A DNA stretch of 64,000 nucleotides from Macrostomum hystrix (lineage: Eukaryota > Animalia > Platyhelminthes). Every line of letters begins with the position of its first letter. The first letter of the stretch is position 1. Where the stretch lies: contig CATNEN010000038.1 of assembly GCA_950097015.1 (NCBI GenBank), positions 11,656,001 through 11,720,000 of the forward strand. The letters are read 5' to 3'. Below the pieces are notes generated by a model. The model did no database searches. It had not been told where the DNA came from and worked only from the letters and a program-made list of their open reading frames with translations. Below, piece after piece: positions 19,701 to 30,161 of the stretch. A program made the position numbers and the translations under genes.

Positions 19701-20594
19701 ATTGACGCAATAATCCTGACCCGTAGCTTGCTGACCCATGGTCATATTGACCCAATAATCCTGACCCGTAGCTTGCTGACCCAGGGTCATATTGACCCAA
19801 TAATCCTGACCCGTAGCTTGCTGACCCAGGGTCATATTCACCCAATAATCCTGATCTGTAGCTTGCTGACCCAGGGTCATATTCACCCAATAATCCTGAC
19901 CCGTAGCTTGCTGACCCAGGGTCATATTCACCCAATAATCCTGACCCGTAGCTTGCTGACCCATGGTCATATTGACCCAATAATCCTGACCCGTAGCTTG
20001 CTGACCAAGGGTCATATTGACCCAATAATCCTGACCCGTAGCTTGCTGACCAAGGGTCATATTGACCCAATAATCCTGACCTATTGCTTGCTGTTGCTTC
20101 TGAAGTACGAGTAACCGCCTCTGTTCGCAATGACTGTTGAAATCCCATCTTTACCGATTTCTTGTCCCGCATTCGCCCAGGTTCGCATTCTTCGCTGCCT
20201 TGGCCGCGCCAAAGATCCCCAGTTGCGTCAGCGAGTCCTTGAACTGTCTGTCAGCGACAAGGTCCGCCTTCAGGACACGGTCTTTGTCATCGGCGGCACC
20301 TGCCACAGTCTGGAGGCCCGCCGAGCCGCCTGGCAGTTTGTGAAGTCTCGCTGGTCCTGGTTCGTTGAGAAATTCGCCGGCCAGTTCCTTCTAAGCCGCC
20401 TTATCCAGCTGCTTTGCAACGACTTCTGTACTAGCGAGGACGCCGACGACATCGAGGCCTTCTTCAAGACCAACCCGGCGCCTTCGGCTGAGCGGAACAT
20501 CAAACAGGCGCTGGAGAACACGCGCCTCAATGCGGCCGTTCTGGCGCGCGATGGCAACAGCGTCAAGGAATTCCTGGCCCAATTCGCCGCCTGA
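4773..20594 (+). CDS. NPEPPS: Puromycin-sensitive aminopeptidase (M1 family), 7 exons, about 855 aa
   Basis: Phase-consistent GT-AG exons 4773-4889, 4988-5060, 5923-6605, 17080-17364, 18001-18495, 18824-19324, 20181-20594. Motifs FERLP, TQFEPTDARR, GAMENWG, HELAHQWFGNLVT..WLNEG (HEXXH-18-E) and YSKG. Confidence 0.93.
5100..5378 (-). mobile_element. tRNA-derived SINE with CORE-like central domain (most complete copy)
   Basis: Minus strand has A-box-like TGGTGGTTAGAGC and B-box GGTTCGATTCC, then TGTGTCCCTTAGCAAGACACTTAAC...CACCCAGCTGT..AATGGGTACC, a hairpin-rich tail with palindrome CAGTCCATGGACTG and an A-run. Four further partial copies occur in the window. Confidence 0.8.
5380..5875. repeat. 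19-bp minisatellite (ACTAGGCTACAACCCCCTT)n in aminopeptidase intron 2
   Basis: Tandem repeat abutting the SINE 5' end. Confidence 0.95.
6665..6785. repeat. 21-bp tandem repeat (ACAATCTGACTGAACTGAGTC)n
   Basis: About 5 direct copies. Confidence 0.9.
7006..8070 (-). CDS. Nested intronless gene: secreted protein with a PAN/Apple domain and a C-terminal LamG/pentraxin-like (ConA fold) domain
   Basis: 354-aa ATG-initiated ORF with a hydrophobic N-terminus. PAN pattern SCAAECAADAQCHA...KCQL. LamG-like FSIFIK, IGVAFDG..ASIYFNG and LFLG...LNGTLHCLQMFSRALTENEMQQL. Confidence 0.75.
   Translation of the reverse strand: MFLRSIILYLHVSMVLTEGHDLKTVSFNWNQLACGTLLLVANATATSSSVREMHGVADWRSCAAECAADAQCHALHHSTDHRKCQLADNCQLTRWQAISNSSSSFNNNTTINVCRILVAKRPRLPSTVAQVIVMNTIFRNVQLMSVLWQNQCSSKLVRQFNTQLSTSGVTLEGRIDSYVVIDTDSAELTDFVFGRPDKSFSIFIKLTRIITDYHVHYMWWSDCSGAITSLVLKEWYGMISFAFKNFLLQRSYVWTIPSVPIDQSAYKLISIGVAFDGAKQEASIYFNGTMSVGRLRSNFSLTETDSLGNQCLFLGRTPNADTRCLNGTLHCLQMFSRALTENEMQQLDTLCTLD
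9251..9452 (-). repeat. 3' LTR (202 bp)
   Basis: Identical by eye to 13974-14175. Contains the perfect palindrome CCCGCAGTGTACACTGCGGG. Confidence 0.95.
9453..9465 (-). promoter_or_regulatory. Polypurine tract
   Basis: AGGGGGAAAGTAG immediately before the 3' LTR on the minus strand. Confidence 0.85.
9479..13171 (-). CDS. pol: Gypsy pol polyprotein (protease, RT, RNase H, integrase), reached by -1 frameshift
   Basis: LLDTGA, YIDD, CDSS..GAVL, HHCC zinc finger, DIKGP/SDQG/VERGN (DDE) and WKGPY. The ORF is uninterrupted. Confidence 0.95.
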   Translation of the reverse strand, partial: GKLLRVGSLGPAPTPSQGAHRSASSIFVPVRFGRHSSPALLDTGAQISLMDKSLYDKLDCRLDCSDISVMPTSVDGSRLRCLGLTTAEVAIGSAIRARHSFTVVDGIQPRLILGMDFIGRVSQTVTIDMKEGVVRFDSDTVAFSSEQPWASCRLVPSVLVARVAVNTELPARSEKVVWLRVDSSREQGVFEPCEDFVAATAVLSARVLTISDDGRIPVKMCNLAEEPVLLYANKAVGTFEGAMAGGRSDYLQEDPLGWNINPELSEADAEKLRQLLEQNEDLFARHEYDLGTTELLQHRIDLEPGTRPHRQVQRRLPLSVRDQVDKKIGQMLDSGIIEPSMSPWASNLLVVRKKNGDIRLCTDWRQLNACTVKDAYPLPHLQQAMDALVGCSWFSTIDCRQGYHQVEVAEEDRPKTAFYSTRGLMQFRKMGFGMCNAPATFQRLMELVMSGLSWEVVLTYIDDIIVFSRTFNEHLARLAQVLQRLRGAGLKLHRAKSVFGHRQVLYLGHRVSEQGIAPDPSKVDAIRSMPSPTTAEEVKRFLGMLGFYRRFIQDFSQTARVLHDISQTARDFRWSSSCERAFNELKDKLTTAPVLRLPDFSKQFVLSCDSSQFAVGAVLSQLHGDAELPVAFASRTLNKAERNYSATDRELLALMWSLKHFRTYLLSVPSFTVYSDHRPLQGLLATKDPEGRLARWLSTLQQFSFSLLYRPGRENVVPDALSRVAGTRLQPRWEAARLHEEQRQDTLLSKAFHALATGIDNLSDTWAAQVRELLDGASISTAGVLLFHGKPVIPSHLRPHFLQEAHSSDQSAHLGVDRTVARLAERCWWPGLRRDAENWVASCAACLTKKSPTRPQRAPLQTTGQPTAPWQQVQIDIKGPLPRTTDGNAYILSMCDTFSKWMETSALATIDAVTVADALLRAVVLRHGAPQVLHSDQGRQFESDVFVRLCEQLGIEKTRTSPFHPSGNGVVERGNRTLGDMLATVVSESQQDWHRKLHYVTWAYNTSVHSTTGLSPYQVLHGWPPRLALDSWLVDGDKAASGSPHDFLQQTQANLQGAFDAVHGRLRDAQAARNQRVNQGARFVPFEEGQLVMLRNSVVKRGQTRCLSDKWKGPYRILRRLGEVNYRIQDQAGRRRKLVVHHDRLRLFIQRRPSLELPAAADADTNANGLAVRPPSPAADPGGDAVVGWPEPDQNVQPDDPPAAPPEPAEALRRSARERRPPDFYMAGFA
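13112..13171 (-). promoter_or_regulatory. -1 ribosomal frameshift signal: G GGA AAC plus predicted pseudoknot
   Basis: Heptamer at 13171-13165, 6-nt spacer, stem GGGTCGGC/GCCGACCC. Loop GGGCC can pair with downstream GGCCC. pol is in the -1 frame relative to gag. Confidence 0.8.
13159..13953 (-). CDS. gag: Gypsy gag with two CCHC zinc knuckles
   Basis: ATG at 13953 (MTKQESLLPQKFSG). Knuckles CFSCGEVGHIARQC and CSRCSGKGHTAAVC. Confidence 0.92.
   Translation of the reverse strand: MTKQESLLPQKFSGAGSDSNVRMWLSMFEDFADDSDWDDKKKAKKLKLLLSGEAQIFVWELPDEKKVSYEQLKVELIGHFGDSLSSYRAMEEFEERKRRPNESLRELAYNLKLLHLRARPDDSVDAREKDVKFRLMRLLPAAVRDTLLKDQDADSCPLTVLIDRAARIELVSRQSSATSAAVTAEDSRISRLEQQVQQLAAGVRTGAAGKESRQRAIKCFSCGEVGHIARQCPRAVGARCSRCSGKGHTAAVCPTPAAQPQGNC
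13960..13972 (-). promoter_or_regulatory. Primer binding site, tRNA-Leu
   Basis: TGGTGGCAGCGGT lies 1 nt inside the 5' LTR boundary and is complementary to the ...ACCGCUGCCACCA 3' end of metazoan tRNA-Leu(AAG/UAG), from memory. Confidence 0.8.
13974..14175 (-). repeat. 5' LTR (202 bp)
   Basis: TG...CA termini; identical to the 3' LTR. Confidence 0.95.
14330..16400 (-). mobile_element. Decayed Penelope-like retroelement (RT + GIY-YIG endonuclease), multiply frameshifted
   Basis: Fragments HDKGHGVAIMD, LYGLCKFHK..PLRPIVS, DVVSLFTNIP, DGCAMGSPL, VDDTF, NGYP, VVYKFYC...YIGKTKRHL and ILEAMYIKAQKPNLN. An 81-bp internal duplication lies at about 16156-16325. Confidence 0.9.
14493..14532 (-). ncRNA. 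Minimal type I hammerhead ribozyme at the Penelope 3' end
   Basis: Minus strand TGCC-CTGAAGA-T-GACC-GATTGT-GGTC-GAA-ATGCAT-T-GGCA: core CUGANGA/GAAA, stem II GACC/GGTC, palindromic stem III and stem I TGCC/GGCA. Confidence 0.8.
16495..16935. repeat. 26-bp minisatellite (CATTGAGGTTAGTACACAGCCTTCAG)n
   Basis: About 17 tandem copies. Confidence 0.95.
17430..17980. repeat. 21-bp pyrimidine-rich minisatellite (TTCACTCTACTTCTCTCCCTG)n filling aminopeptidase intron 4
   Basis: Tandem repeat. Confidence 0.95.
18496..18665 (-). mobile_element. Partial SINE copy beginning exactly at the intron 5 donor
   Basis: GTTCAGTCCATGGACTGG...CAATTAC...CACAAATTGTT..GGAGTCGGGAATCGAACCC matches 5180-5370. Confidence 0.8.
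19340..19470 (-). mobile_element. Partial SINE copy (3' tail) at the start of intron 6
   Basis: GTGCAGCCGACAGCACAGCCGCAGCTATTGC...GAAGGCTGCGTAC...CAGTCCATGGACTGG matches 5124-5230. Confidence 0.8.
19475..20090. repeat. 45-bp minisatellite in intron 6
   Basis: Unit GCTGACCCAGGGTCATATTGACCCAATAATCCTGACCCGTAGCTT. Confidence 0.95.
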
Positions 20595-22382
20595 GCAGAC
20601 TGCCATCTGGTTTGACTTTAAGTGAAATTTTCTAGGCTTTAGAGAATTCTTTTTTCGTGAGTAAGATTCTGTTAAGTCTATTGGGGGTGAGATATTTTGC
20701 TAAATTAACTAGTAGTGTGTAAGAACTGTTTTCAGTTAGATTAACCAGCAGTGTGAGGTCATAGTTTTTTAAATCCTTATATGGATCCATCATTTCGAAC
20801 CAGTTTTTTTCCATCGTATCCTCTCCCTGCTATATCTATTCCAGAATATTGAAAAGTTTGATGTAACCAAAATAAGACTTTTGATTTATTTAATCTATCT
20901 AATTATCGCTAGACGTATACTATTTCAAATTATTTAGCTCCGTTTTTTATTTAATCCATCACTTTTTGTTTCGATAAAATTTATTAGCTCGTTTATTCCT
21001 GTCGTAAATTATTGATGAATTAGCTTAACAATTAGCGCCACAGTGTGACTGTACCGGTGCCTGGTTAGTCCTATTTCTTAGCCTTTGAGTTTCTAACAAC
21101 TTTTACTCTGTTCCGCTGCTAACAAGCTATCCCATGGCTTTGACTATGTTTAAAGAACTACATGAGAAATAAAAAAATATTGTTTAATTCAGCTTTTATC
21201 TAATTCATTCTTTTTCTTGTCTTCATTTCTTGATAATTAACACTAGGTTATAATTTCTGGGTCAAAGACAATGCGTGCCTAGAAATCATTTGAGCAAAAA
21301 ACTTTCTTGTAAAACAATAGCAGTCTTAGATTACTTGTTTTAGAAATTTATTATACTTTAGGAATAATTTAATGCTTTAGTACTTTAAGTTGAAAAATTA
21401 AACTGATAACTAACCGATGATTTGTTTTAAAAGACACTGCTGAGAAATTTCTGAAAAAAGCGGTTCAGAAATCAGTTGATGAGAAATAGCTGATAATTGT
21501 TTGAGAAATTGATGATAATTGGCTGATAATTGTTTCAGAGATTGATAAGAAATGATTGATAATTGGTTTTAAGAAATTGGTGAGAAATTTTTTTTAATTC
21601 TGTAATGACTGTTAATAAATGAGGTCTGATAATCGTTTGAGTCGAAAGGTCAGTAAACGAAAACGTATTGGCCTTGCCACGGGGCCTTCTGAATATTATA
21701 TTATTATTTGAAAGGCTAGGACGGAAAGGGGGGTCGACAGAGAGGAGAGACAAAATGAGGGTATGAAAACCCTGGGAAGGATGTACATTGGGGTTAACTG
21801 GCGATAACGCGCGCAGGGGGAAGAAAAACAAAGTGCTGACGCTAGACTGGAGGGAGACAGAGATGAAAGGGACACGGGGGAAAATCGATAATAGATAGAA
21901 AAGGGCGGGCTGGCAGATAACCGGGTAAGAAAATATATATTACCACACGGGTGAACAGAGAACAGGATTGGCTAATAATAGCTCACGATTTTCGCGACAA
22001 TGACAAATGACTGGCAATCCATTTGCTTAATTGATAATAAATTACGGATTATCAGTTGACTGATGATGAATTGATAATTGAAATTACTGATTATTACTTA
22101 TCAGTCGATCGATAAAAAATCGATCGAAATCTAGTGAAGTTGCATTTATTCCGCTCATCCTCAGACATGTACACTTGGAAGCGAATGTACATTATGTTTT
22201 TTAAGGAATTCCCTTGTTGCTAAAAATAGAACAGGCCAGGGTGAAGCTTGAAATTCTATAGCGAGAGTATTTCGTCAGATTAAACTGTTGTCTATAAAGC
22301 ACTTAACGCATTTTTCAGTTCTGATTAAAATTATATAGCAAGTCAGCAAGCTAGCTAATACTACCACCGAGGACCAGATTCA

Positions 22383-25300
22383 ATGGAAGGCCGCAAGGGA
22401 ACCAAGAAGCTGCAGGAATTGCGCGACATTGAGCGCTCAATGCAGGCCCAATGGGAGGCCGAGCGAGTTTTCGAATTGGACGCCGACACTGAGTCGCAGC
22501 CGCCGCAGGAGAAGTACATGGTCACCTTCCCCTATCCGTACATGAACGGCCAGCTGCACCTTGGCCACGTGTTCAGCCTGTCCAAGAACGAATTCGCTGT
22601 CGGATTCGAGCGACTCCGCGGCAAGCGCGCCCTGTGGCCGTTCGGGCTTCACTGTACCGGCATGCCGATCAAGGCCAGCGCCGACAAGCTGGCCAGGGAG
22701 GTCGAGCTCTACGGCTATCCGCCGCAGTTTCCACCGGATGATGACGACGATGACAAGCAGGCCGATGCCGTCGCAGCCGAGTCCGTTGATCCCAACGCTG
22801 TTAACAAAGCCAAGGGCAAGCGGAGCAAAGCTGCAGCTAAGAGCGGCGGCGCCAGTCACCAGTGGGACATTATGCGCAGTATGGGCCTGGCCGATGAACA
22901 AATTCGCATGTTCACCAGTCCAGCCCACTGGTTGCGTCATTTTCCACCGCTGTGCGTTCGCGATCTGAAAAATCTCGGCGTCAAGATCGACTGGCGTCGC
23001 AGTTTCGTCACCACGGACGCCAACCCCTATTATGACGCCTTCGTCCGCTGGCACTTCTTTCGTCTGCGAGACGCTGGCCGGGTGAAATTCGGCAAACGCT
23101 ACACCGTCTTCTCGCCAAAAGACCAGCAGCCATGCATGGACCACGACAGGTCTAGCGGAGAAGGCGTTGGCCCCCAGGAGTACACCTTGATCAAGATTGA
23201 GCTGGCAGAGACCACGGCCGCTGCTAAAAAGGCTCTGGCAGTCTTTGAGTGAGTTCCTTCCCTCCACCTCCACTGGTTCCCCTCTCCCCTTCCCTCCACC
23301 TCCACTGGTTCTCCTCTCCCCTTCCCTCCACCTCCACTGGTTCCCCTCTCCCCTTCCCTCTACCTCCACTGGCTCCCCTCTCCCCTTCCCTCTACCTCCA
23401 CTGGCTCCCCTCTCCCCTTTCCTCTACCTCCACTGGCTCCCCTCTCCCCTTCCCTCTACCTCCACTGGCTCCCCTCTCCCCTTCCCTCTACCTCCACTGG
23501 CTCCCCTCTCCCCTTCCCTCTACCTCCACTGGCTCCCCTCTCCCCTTCCCTCTACCTCCACTGGCTCCCCTCTCCCCTTCCCTCTACCTCCACTGGTTCC
23601 CCTCTCCCCTTCCCTCTACCCCCTACTGGTTCATCTCCTTCCTTCCCTCTACCCCCTATTGGTTCCCCTCTCTCCTTCCCTATACCCCCTATAGGTTCCT
23701 TCTTTCCGTCCCTCTACCCCCGCAAATTTCCAATTCTTCTCTTCTCTCTAAATGCTCCCCTCCCCATTTCTCCTCTCTCCCGTTGCTAGCCCTATCCCCA
23801 GAACGCCGCGGTGTCGTTAATTATCGATTCGCATCGGCACCCACCCCAGATTGCCAGCCTCAGTTCGCATCTTCCTCGTTGCCGGCACCCTCCGGCCTGA
23901 GACAATGTACGGCCAGACCAACTGTTGGATACATCCGGACATCAACTATGTGCTAGTGCGCACTGCCTCCACGGCCGCGGCCGCCGAGTACCTCGTCTGC
24001 AGCCGTCGATCAGCTAGGAACATGTTGTACCAGGTGTGACTCCTATTTTATTCCACGTGGAAATTTTTTTTCAATCGGGAAGCTGTTTCATTCATTTTAA
24101 CAAGAGAGATGAGACAGAAGAGAGATGACACAGGGAAGAGATGAGACACAGGAGAGATAAGACAGAAGACAGATGAGCCACGGGAGTGATGAGACTCTTA
24201 ATCTCTAGAGATTAGACAGTGGAAAGATGAGACAGAATACTATTGGTGTTGGAAGGGGCAACGGGTTGGATTTGGGAGCTTCGAGGGCCGCATCTTGCTC
24301 GCGGACTGGAGTTTGCCGACCCCTGATTTAAACAAATCGACGCCAACAATTCAGGGCATCCTGGCTGTCTCTGAGACTCTCGAATCCATCGAGTCCGCTT
24401 CCAGGCGGCGGATTCGTGGCTCGGATCTGATTGGCTGCGCGGCTCGGGCTCCGCTGACGCCCTACAAGCGAGTGTTTGTCCTGCCGATGCTCACTATCAA
24501 GGAGACTAAAGGCACCGGCATTGTCACCAGCGTGCCTAGCGATGCACCCGACGACTATGCTGCTCTGCAGGTAATTAATCAGCGAATTGTTTGACAAGCC
24601 TGCGAAATATTAGTGATCTGATTAGTCAGAGAATGTGTAGTCTGACAAATCTTTAATTGGTCGGCACATTTTACGCTGATTGGTTGATTGGTAAGTGAGT
24701 TTATTGCTTTCAACTCTCTGATTGGTCAGTGAGTTTGCCTCTTAACGGGCTGTGGGTCTGCTAAAATTGTTTTATGGGCTCGAAATTTGATTGGCCAGTG
24801 TATAACTAACTAGTAACTAAATAGTAGTAACTAATAGTAACTAAATAATGCAGGATCTGCGTCATAAGGCCGCTCTGCGTGACAAATACGGTGTGACGTC
24901 TGACATGCTACTAGACCCTCTGCCAATCATCGACATTCCTGAACTGGGTGACCTGGCCGCAGTCACACTGGCTAAGGAGATGAAGATACAGTCCCAGAAC
25001 GATCGCGAGAAGCTGGACTTGGCCAAGGAGCGAGTCTACAAGCTGGGCTTCTACGATGGCGTACTCAAAGTTGGCGAGTTCGCCGGCAGCCGCGTGCAGG
25101 ACGTCAAGAAGCGGGTGCAGCAGCTGCTGGTGGATTCTGCTCAGGCCATTGTCTACATGGAGCCGGAGAAGGAGGTGCTGCCTCGCTGGTTTACGGGTGG
25201 GCAGGATTGGAAATACAGGCTGAGTAAGAGTTTGAGTAGGTGGCGTAGGTAGAGTAGAGTAGGTGACGGAGGCAGAGTAGAGTAGGTGACGGAGGCAGAG

Positions 25301-25977
25301 TAGAGTAGGTGACGGAGGCAGAGTAGGTGACGGAGGCAGAGTAGGTGACGGAGGCAGAGTAGGTGACGGAGGCAGAGTAGGTGACGGAGGCAGAGTAGGT
25401 GACGGAGGCAGAGTGATCAGTTTCAGACTCGTTAATGACCTGCCCTTCTCAGGTGAAGTCTCGCAGTGGAGACGACTGTGTTGTGGCCCTCTGCGACCAG
25501 TGGTATCTTGACTACGGCGATCCCGGCTGGAAGGTCATCGCCCGGCGCGCCCTGGAACAGTTGAACACCTACAGCGAGGAGGTGCGCAACAATTTCGCTG
25601 CCACCCTTGAGTGGCTGGTTGAGCACGCCTGCTCGCGCTCGTTCGGCCTCGGCACCCGCCTGCCCTGGGATCCGCAGTACCTCATCGAATCGCTGAGCGA
25701 CTCCACAATCTACATGGCTTATTACACAGTGTGCCACCTGCTGCACAGGGACCTGTACGGTATGCAGCCTGGCGAGCTGGGCATCACCCCGGACCAGATG
25801 ACTCCAGATGTCTGGGACTACATCTTCTGCTTGAGCGACAGCCCGCCTAACAGGAATCGGCATCCGCTGCCGCCACCGCCTGAGGCTTTGACTCGCATGC
25901 GGGCTGAATTTGCCTACTGGTTAGTAGTATTGTGCGATTCTAAACTTCATATTGTGTCTGGATCATTTCAACGGTTT

Positions 25978-26014
<37 letters not shown>

Positions 26015-29000
26015 TTACCTGTCCATCTGTCCACCAGTCCATCTATCTACCTGTCCATTTGTCTAAGTGTCCCTATGTCTACCTGTCCGTCTGTCTACCT
26101 GCCATTCGCCGTCCACGCCAGGTATCCTGTTGACCTGCGCACCTCGGGCAAGGATCTGGTGCCGAACCACCTGACCTACTACCTGTACAACCATTGCTCC
26201 GTGTGGGCTGACCGGCCTGATCTGTGGCCGCGCGCGGTCCGAGCCAACGGCCACGTCCTGCTCAACGGCGAGAAGATGTCCAAATCCACCGGCAACTTTC
26301 TGACCCTCGAGGACGCCGTCGACAAATTTAGCGCCGACGGCCTCCGCCTCGCTCTGGCCGACGCCGGCGACGGTGTTGAAGACGCCAACTTTGTCGAAAA
26401 GATGGCCGACTCTAGCTTGCTGCGGCTGTACCAGTTCGCCGAGTGGGTCAAGGAGGTGGCGACCGCGCTAGCCGCTGGCCAGCTTCGCTCGGGCGACTGG
26501 AATCAGTTCAGCGATCCGGCATTCGCTGCCGAAATCGACGCTCTCATCGGCCAAGCCTACGACCTGTACGCCAAGATGCTCTACAAGGAGGTGGTCAAGT
26601 TTGGCGTCTTTGAACTCATGGCCGCAAGGGACAGGTTAGTGCTGCTTGCTTAATGGGCTCAACTTGCAGCTGCTAACTCTTGCTTGTACTCAGATTAAGC
26701 TTCTACCTGTCCACTTCAATACAATTGTTCTCAAACTGAGCATTCTACCTACAGTGATCCTGTACTTTAACTGAGCATTCTACCTGAAGTAATCCTGTAC
26801 TCAAACTGAGCATTCTACATGCAGTGATCCTGTACTCAAACTGAGCATTCTTCCCATAATAATCCCTGTACTCAAACTGAGCATTCTACATGCAGTGATC
26901 CTGTACTCCAACTGAGCATTCTACCTGCAGTGATCCTGTACTCAAACTAATCATTCTACCTGCAGTGATCCTGTACTCAAACTAATCATTCTACCTGCAG
27001 TGATCCTGTACTCAAACTGATTATTACCCCCCACAATGGTCCTGTACTCAAACTGATTATTACCCCCCACAATGGTCCTGTACTCAAACTGATTATTACC
27101 CCCCACAATGGTCCTGTACTCAAACTGATTATTACCCCCCACAATGGTCCTGTACTCAAACTGATTATTACCCCCACAATGGTCCCGTACTTAACTTAAA
27201 TACAAACTGAGCATTCTTCCCACAATGATCCAGTACTCAAACTGTACTCAAGCTGTGAGCTCGTGCTAAACCAGTTCGCATACGAATCTATCAACATCTC
27301 CAGGTACATGCAGCTGTGCGCCGACGGCGGTCTGCACGCCGGCCTCATCCAGCGCTACATCGAAGTCCAGCTGGTGCTTCTGTCGCCGGTGTGTCCTCAC
27401 ATCAGCGATCACCTGTGGCGCAATGTGCTCAATAAGCCAGCCAGCATTCTGCACGAGCGCTGGCCGTTGCCAAGCACTCCGGAGCTCAACCAGGGCATCC
27501 TGGACGAGTTGCGCTACCTGTTTGACAGCTGTCACGAGTTCCGCCTGAGAGCTGAAAAATTTCTTGGCCGACAAAAGACCAAAGAGCCGACGCAGCCTAC
27601 CCACGCCGCTGTGTGGCTTTTCCGGTCATTTCCAGCCTGGCAGGCGGCTATTCTGGAGGCTTTGAAGAAGCTGCAGGCTGAGAATGCCGGCCAACTGCCG
27701 GACAATAAGATCATTGCTGTGCGGCTGCAGGTGAGACAGGGCCTGCGGAATTTCACCGCTTTAATTATAACTGTTTGTCTATATGTCTATGGAATGAGTC
27801 TATGAGGCAGTATGTAATTGTAAGACTAGGATTAAAAGACTATGACTTTTAAGATGTCAGATTTTGAGACTATGGGATAATATATTCGGGATTAGAGACA
27901 ATGGGACAATAGATGTGGAGATTTTGAGACTATGGGATAATATATTCGGGATTAGAGACAATGGGACAATAGATGTGGAGATTTGAGAGTATGAGATAAT
28001 ATATCGGGTATTTTAGACGATGGGATAAAAAAGGGGGGATTCGAAACTATGGGATAATAGAAAGGGGATTTGAAACTATGGGATAATAGAAAGGGGATTT
28101 GAGACTATGGGATAATAGAAAGGGGATTTGAGACTCTGGCATATTAGAAAGGGTTTTAGATTATGGGATAATAAAAAGGGGGATTTGGGACTGGGATCAT
28201 ATATATGGGGATTTCAAACTATGAGATAATATATTGTAGATTTTAGACATGGGATAATAGAAAGGGGGATTTTAGACTATAGTATAATAGAAAGGGGAAT
28301 TTTAGACTATGGGATAATAAAAACGGGGATTTGAAATTATGAGATGAAATACTTGAATTTGAGACTGTGGGATAAGATATAAGAGATTTTTGTCTATGAG
28401 TTTAGAAAGCAGATTTTAAGACTATTGGATATTCGACTGTAGGGTATTGGGACTAGAAGATTTGAGAATAGAATATGGGATCAGGTACTGCTGTATCGTT
28501 TTAGACCATGGGACTACCGCCTTACTCTCCATCGCCACCCCAACTCATCAGACTTTGCCAGAGCTGAAGGGCAAAGCGGCCAAGAAGGCCATGCCGTTCG
28601 TTGCCATGGTAAAGGAGCAGCCAGAGAAGTACCTGTCGGCTAGGAAGGGCCTGGTTGATGAGCTGCGGGTCTTGCGCTGCAACGCTGATTATCTGAGGCG
28701 CACCCTTAAACTGGAGGTAAATTTCCGTGCTACTGCCAACCAAAATGATTCTAATCTGACAGGTTCTGCTCCCGCTATTTCCACTTCCCCTTCTTCTCAG
28801 CTCCTCCTAAACTTAAAATCCCCCATGTAATAATTTATGTTCAAGCATTTTCATTTATAATGCTCATTTTATAAAATCTACCCATACACCTTCCTATGCT
28901 CCCCTTCCGCAACTCAACTGCCGCAAGATCCACTTTCATTAACAAACTCCCATTCCTAAACTTCCCTTCCGAAAATCCCCTGCCTCAATCTCACCTTTCC

Positions 29001-30067
29001 CAAACTCCCCTTCCCAAACTGCCCTTCACCCAATTGCCCTTCTCAAACTCCCCTTCCCAAAAACTCCCCTTCCCCAAACTCCCCTTCCCAAACTCCCCTT
29101 TCCCCAAACTGCCCTTCCTCAGACCTCCCTTGCCCAAACTCCCCTTCCCAAACTGCCCTTTCCCCAAACTCCCCTTCCCAAACTCCCCTTCCCAAACTCC
29201 CCTTCCCAAACTGCCCTTTCCCCAAACTCCCCTTCCCAAACTCCCCTTCCCAAACTCCCCTTCCCAAACTCCCCTTCCCCAAACTCCCCTTCCCAAACTC
29301 CCCTTCCCCAAACTCCCCTTCCCCAAACTCCCCTTCCCAAACTCCCCTTCCCAAACTCCCCTTTCCCCAAACTGCCCTTCCTCAGACCTCCCTTGCCCAA
29401 ACTTCCCTTCCCCCAAACTGTCCTTCCCCCGAAATCTCCTTCCCTAAACTGCCCTTCGCCAAAATCCCTTCCTAAACACCTCTTCCCAAACTCTCCGTCC
29501 CCCAAACTCCTCCTTCCTCAAGCTCCCTTCCCCAAGCTCAAATTTCTTTCCCATTCCCTGAGATGCAGCTCAAAATTCTCCCCTCCGCTGCTGCAGTCGC
29601 TGACAATCGACCTGGCCGACAACAGCCCGACGCCGCTGCCTGAGGAGGGCACCCCTGGCCAGCCGGTGATTTTCTATTCGGCCGAGCCGTCTCTGCCGGT
29701 GACGCTAATTAATCCGCAGGTGGGCAACGGCCTGTTCTCCATTCAGTCGGTCGTGTACTCCGGCGACACCGTGGCCACCCTGACCGGCCGGATCAAGCGC
29801 TCCGTGGCTGCCAGGAACATTGCCCCAGAGGGCCAGCTCGAGCTCAGTCGCTTTGTCGGCGGCGCCGCTGCCGCTCGCTCCGTCCCAAAGTCGACGGCTG
29901 CGGGCAGTGGCGGAAGCGACTTCGCTGCTCTGCCTCCGGAGGCGGTGTTTCAGCTGGACACCACCGAGCGGACCATCTTCGTTGTGGGAGACTCCGGCAG
30001 CGGCGAGAAGCACTGGGCCAGTCAGCTCGTGTACACCTGCGCTGCAGCTAACGGACAAGCCTTGTGA
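22383..30067 (+). CDS. LARS1: Cytosolic leucyl-tRNA synthetase, 9 exons
   Basis: Exons 22383-23248, 23850-24033, 24355-24570, 24854-25174, 25453-25919, 26122-26634, 27304-27730, 28552-28716, 29597-30067. Motifs [15 protein letters not shown] (HIGH), [29 protein letters not shown] (editing), [14 protein letters not shown] and KMSKS. Confidence 0.95.
23255..23700. repeat. 32-bp C-rich minisatellite in LARS intron 1
   Basis: Unit TCCACTGGCTCCCCTCTCCCCTTCCCTCTACC. Confidence 0.95.
25240..25415. repeat. 18-bp minisatellite (GAGTAGGTGACGGAGGCA)n in LARS intron 4
   Basis: Tandem repeat. Confidence 0.9.
26725..27245. repeat. About 36-bp minisatellite in LARS intron 6
   Basis: CCTGTACTCAAACTGA-based units in two subtypes. 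Confidence 0.9.
27840..28440. repeat. Degenerate about 29-bp tandem repeat (GAGACTATGGGATAATAGAAAGGGGATTT) in LARS intron 7
   Basis: Recurrent ACTATGGGATAAT motif. Confidence 0.8.
28985..29535. repeat. 14/15-bp C-rich repeat (CCCCTTCCCAAACT)n in LARS intron 8
   Basis: Tandem repeat with G-runs on the minus strand. Confidence 0.92.
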
Positions 30068-30161
30068 CTGCGTTCCTGACATCTGGCTGAGTCAGCTCCG
30101 TCAGCTTGCTCATTTGTCATTCCCCGCCCCCTGTTTTCCCAGCCCTCTACTTCCTCTTTTC

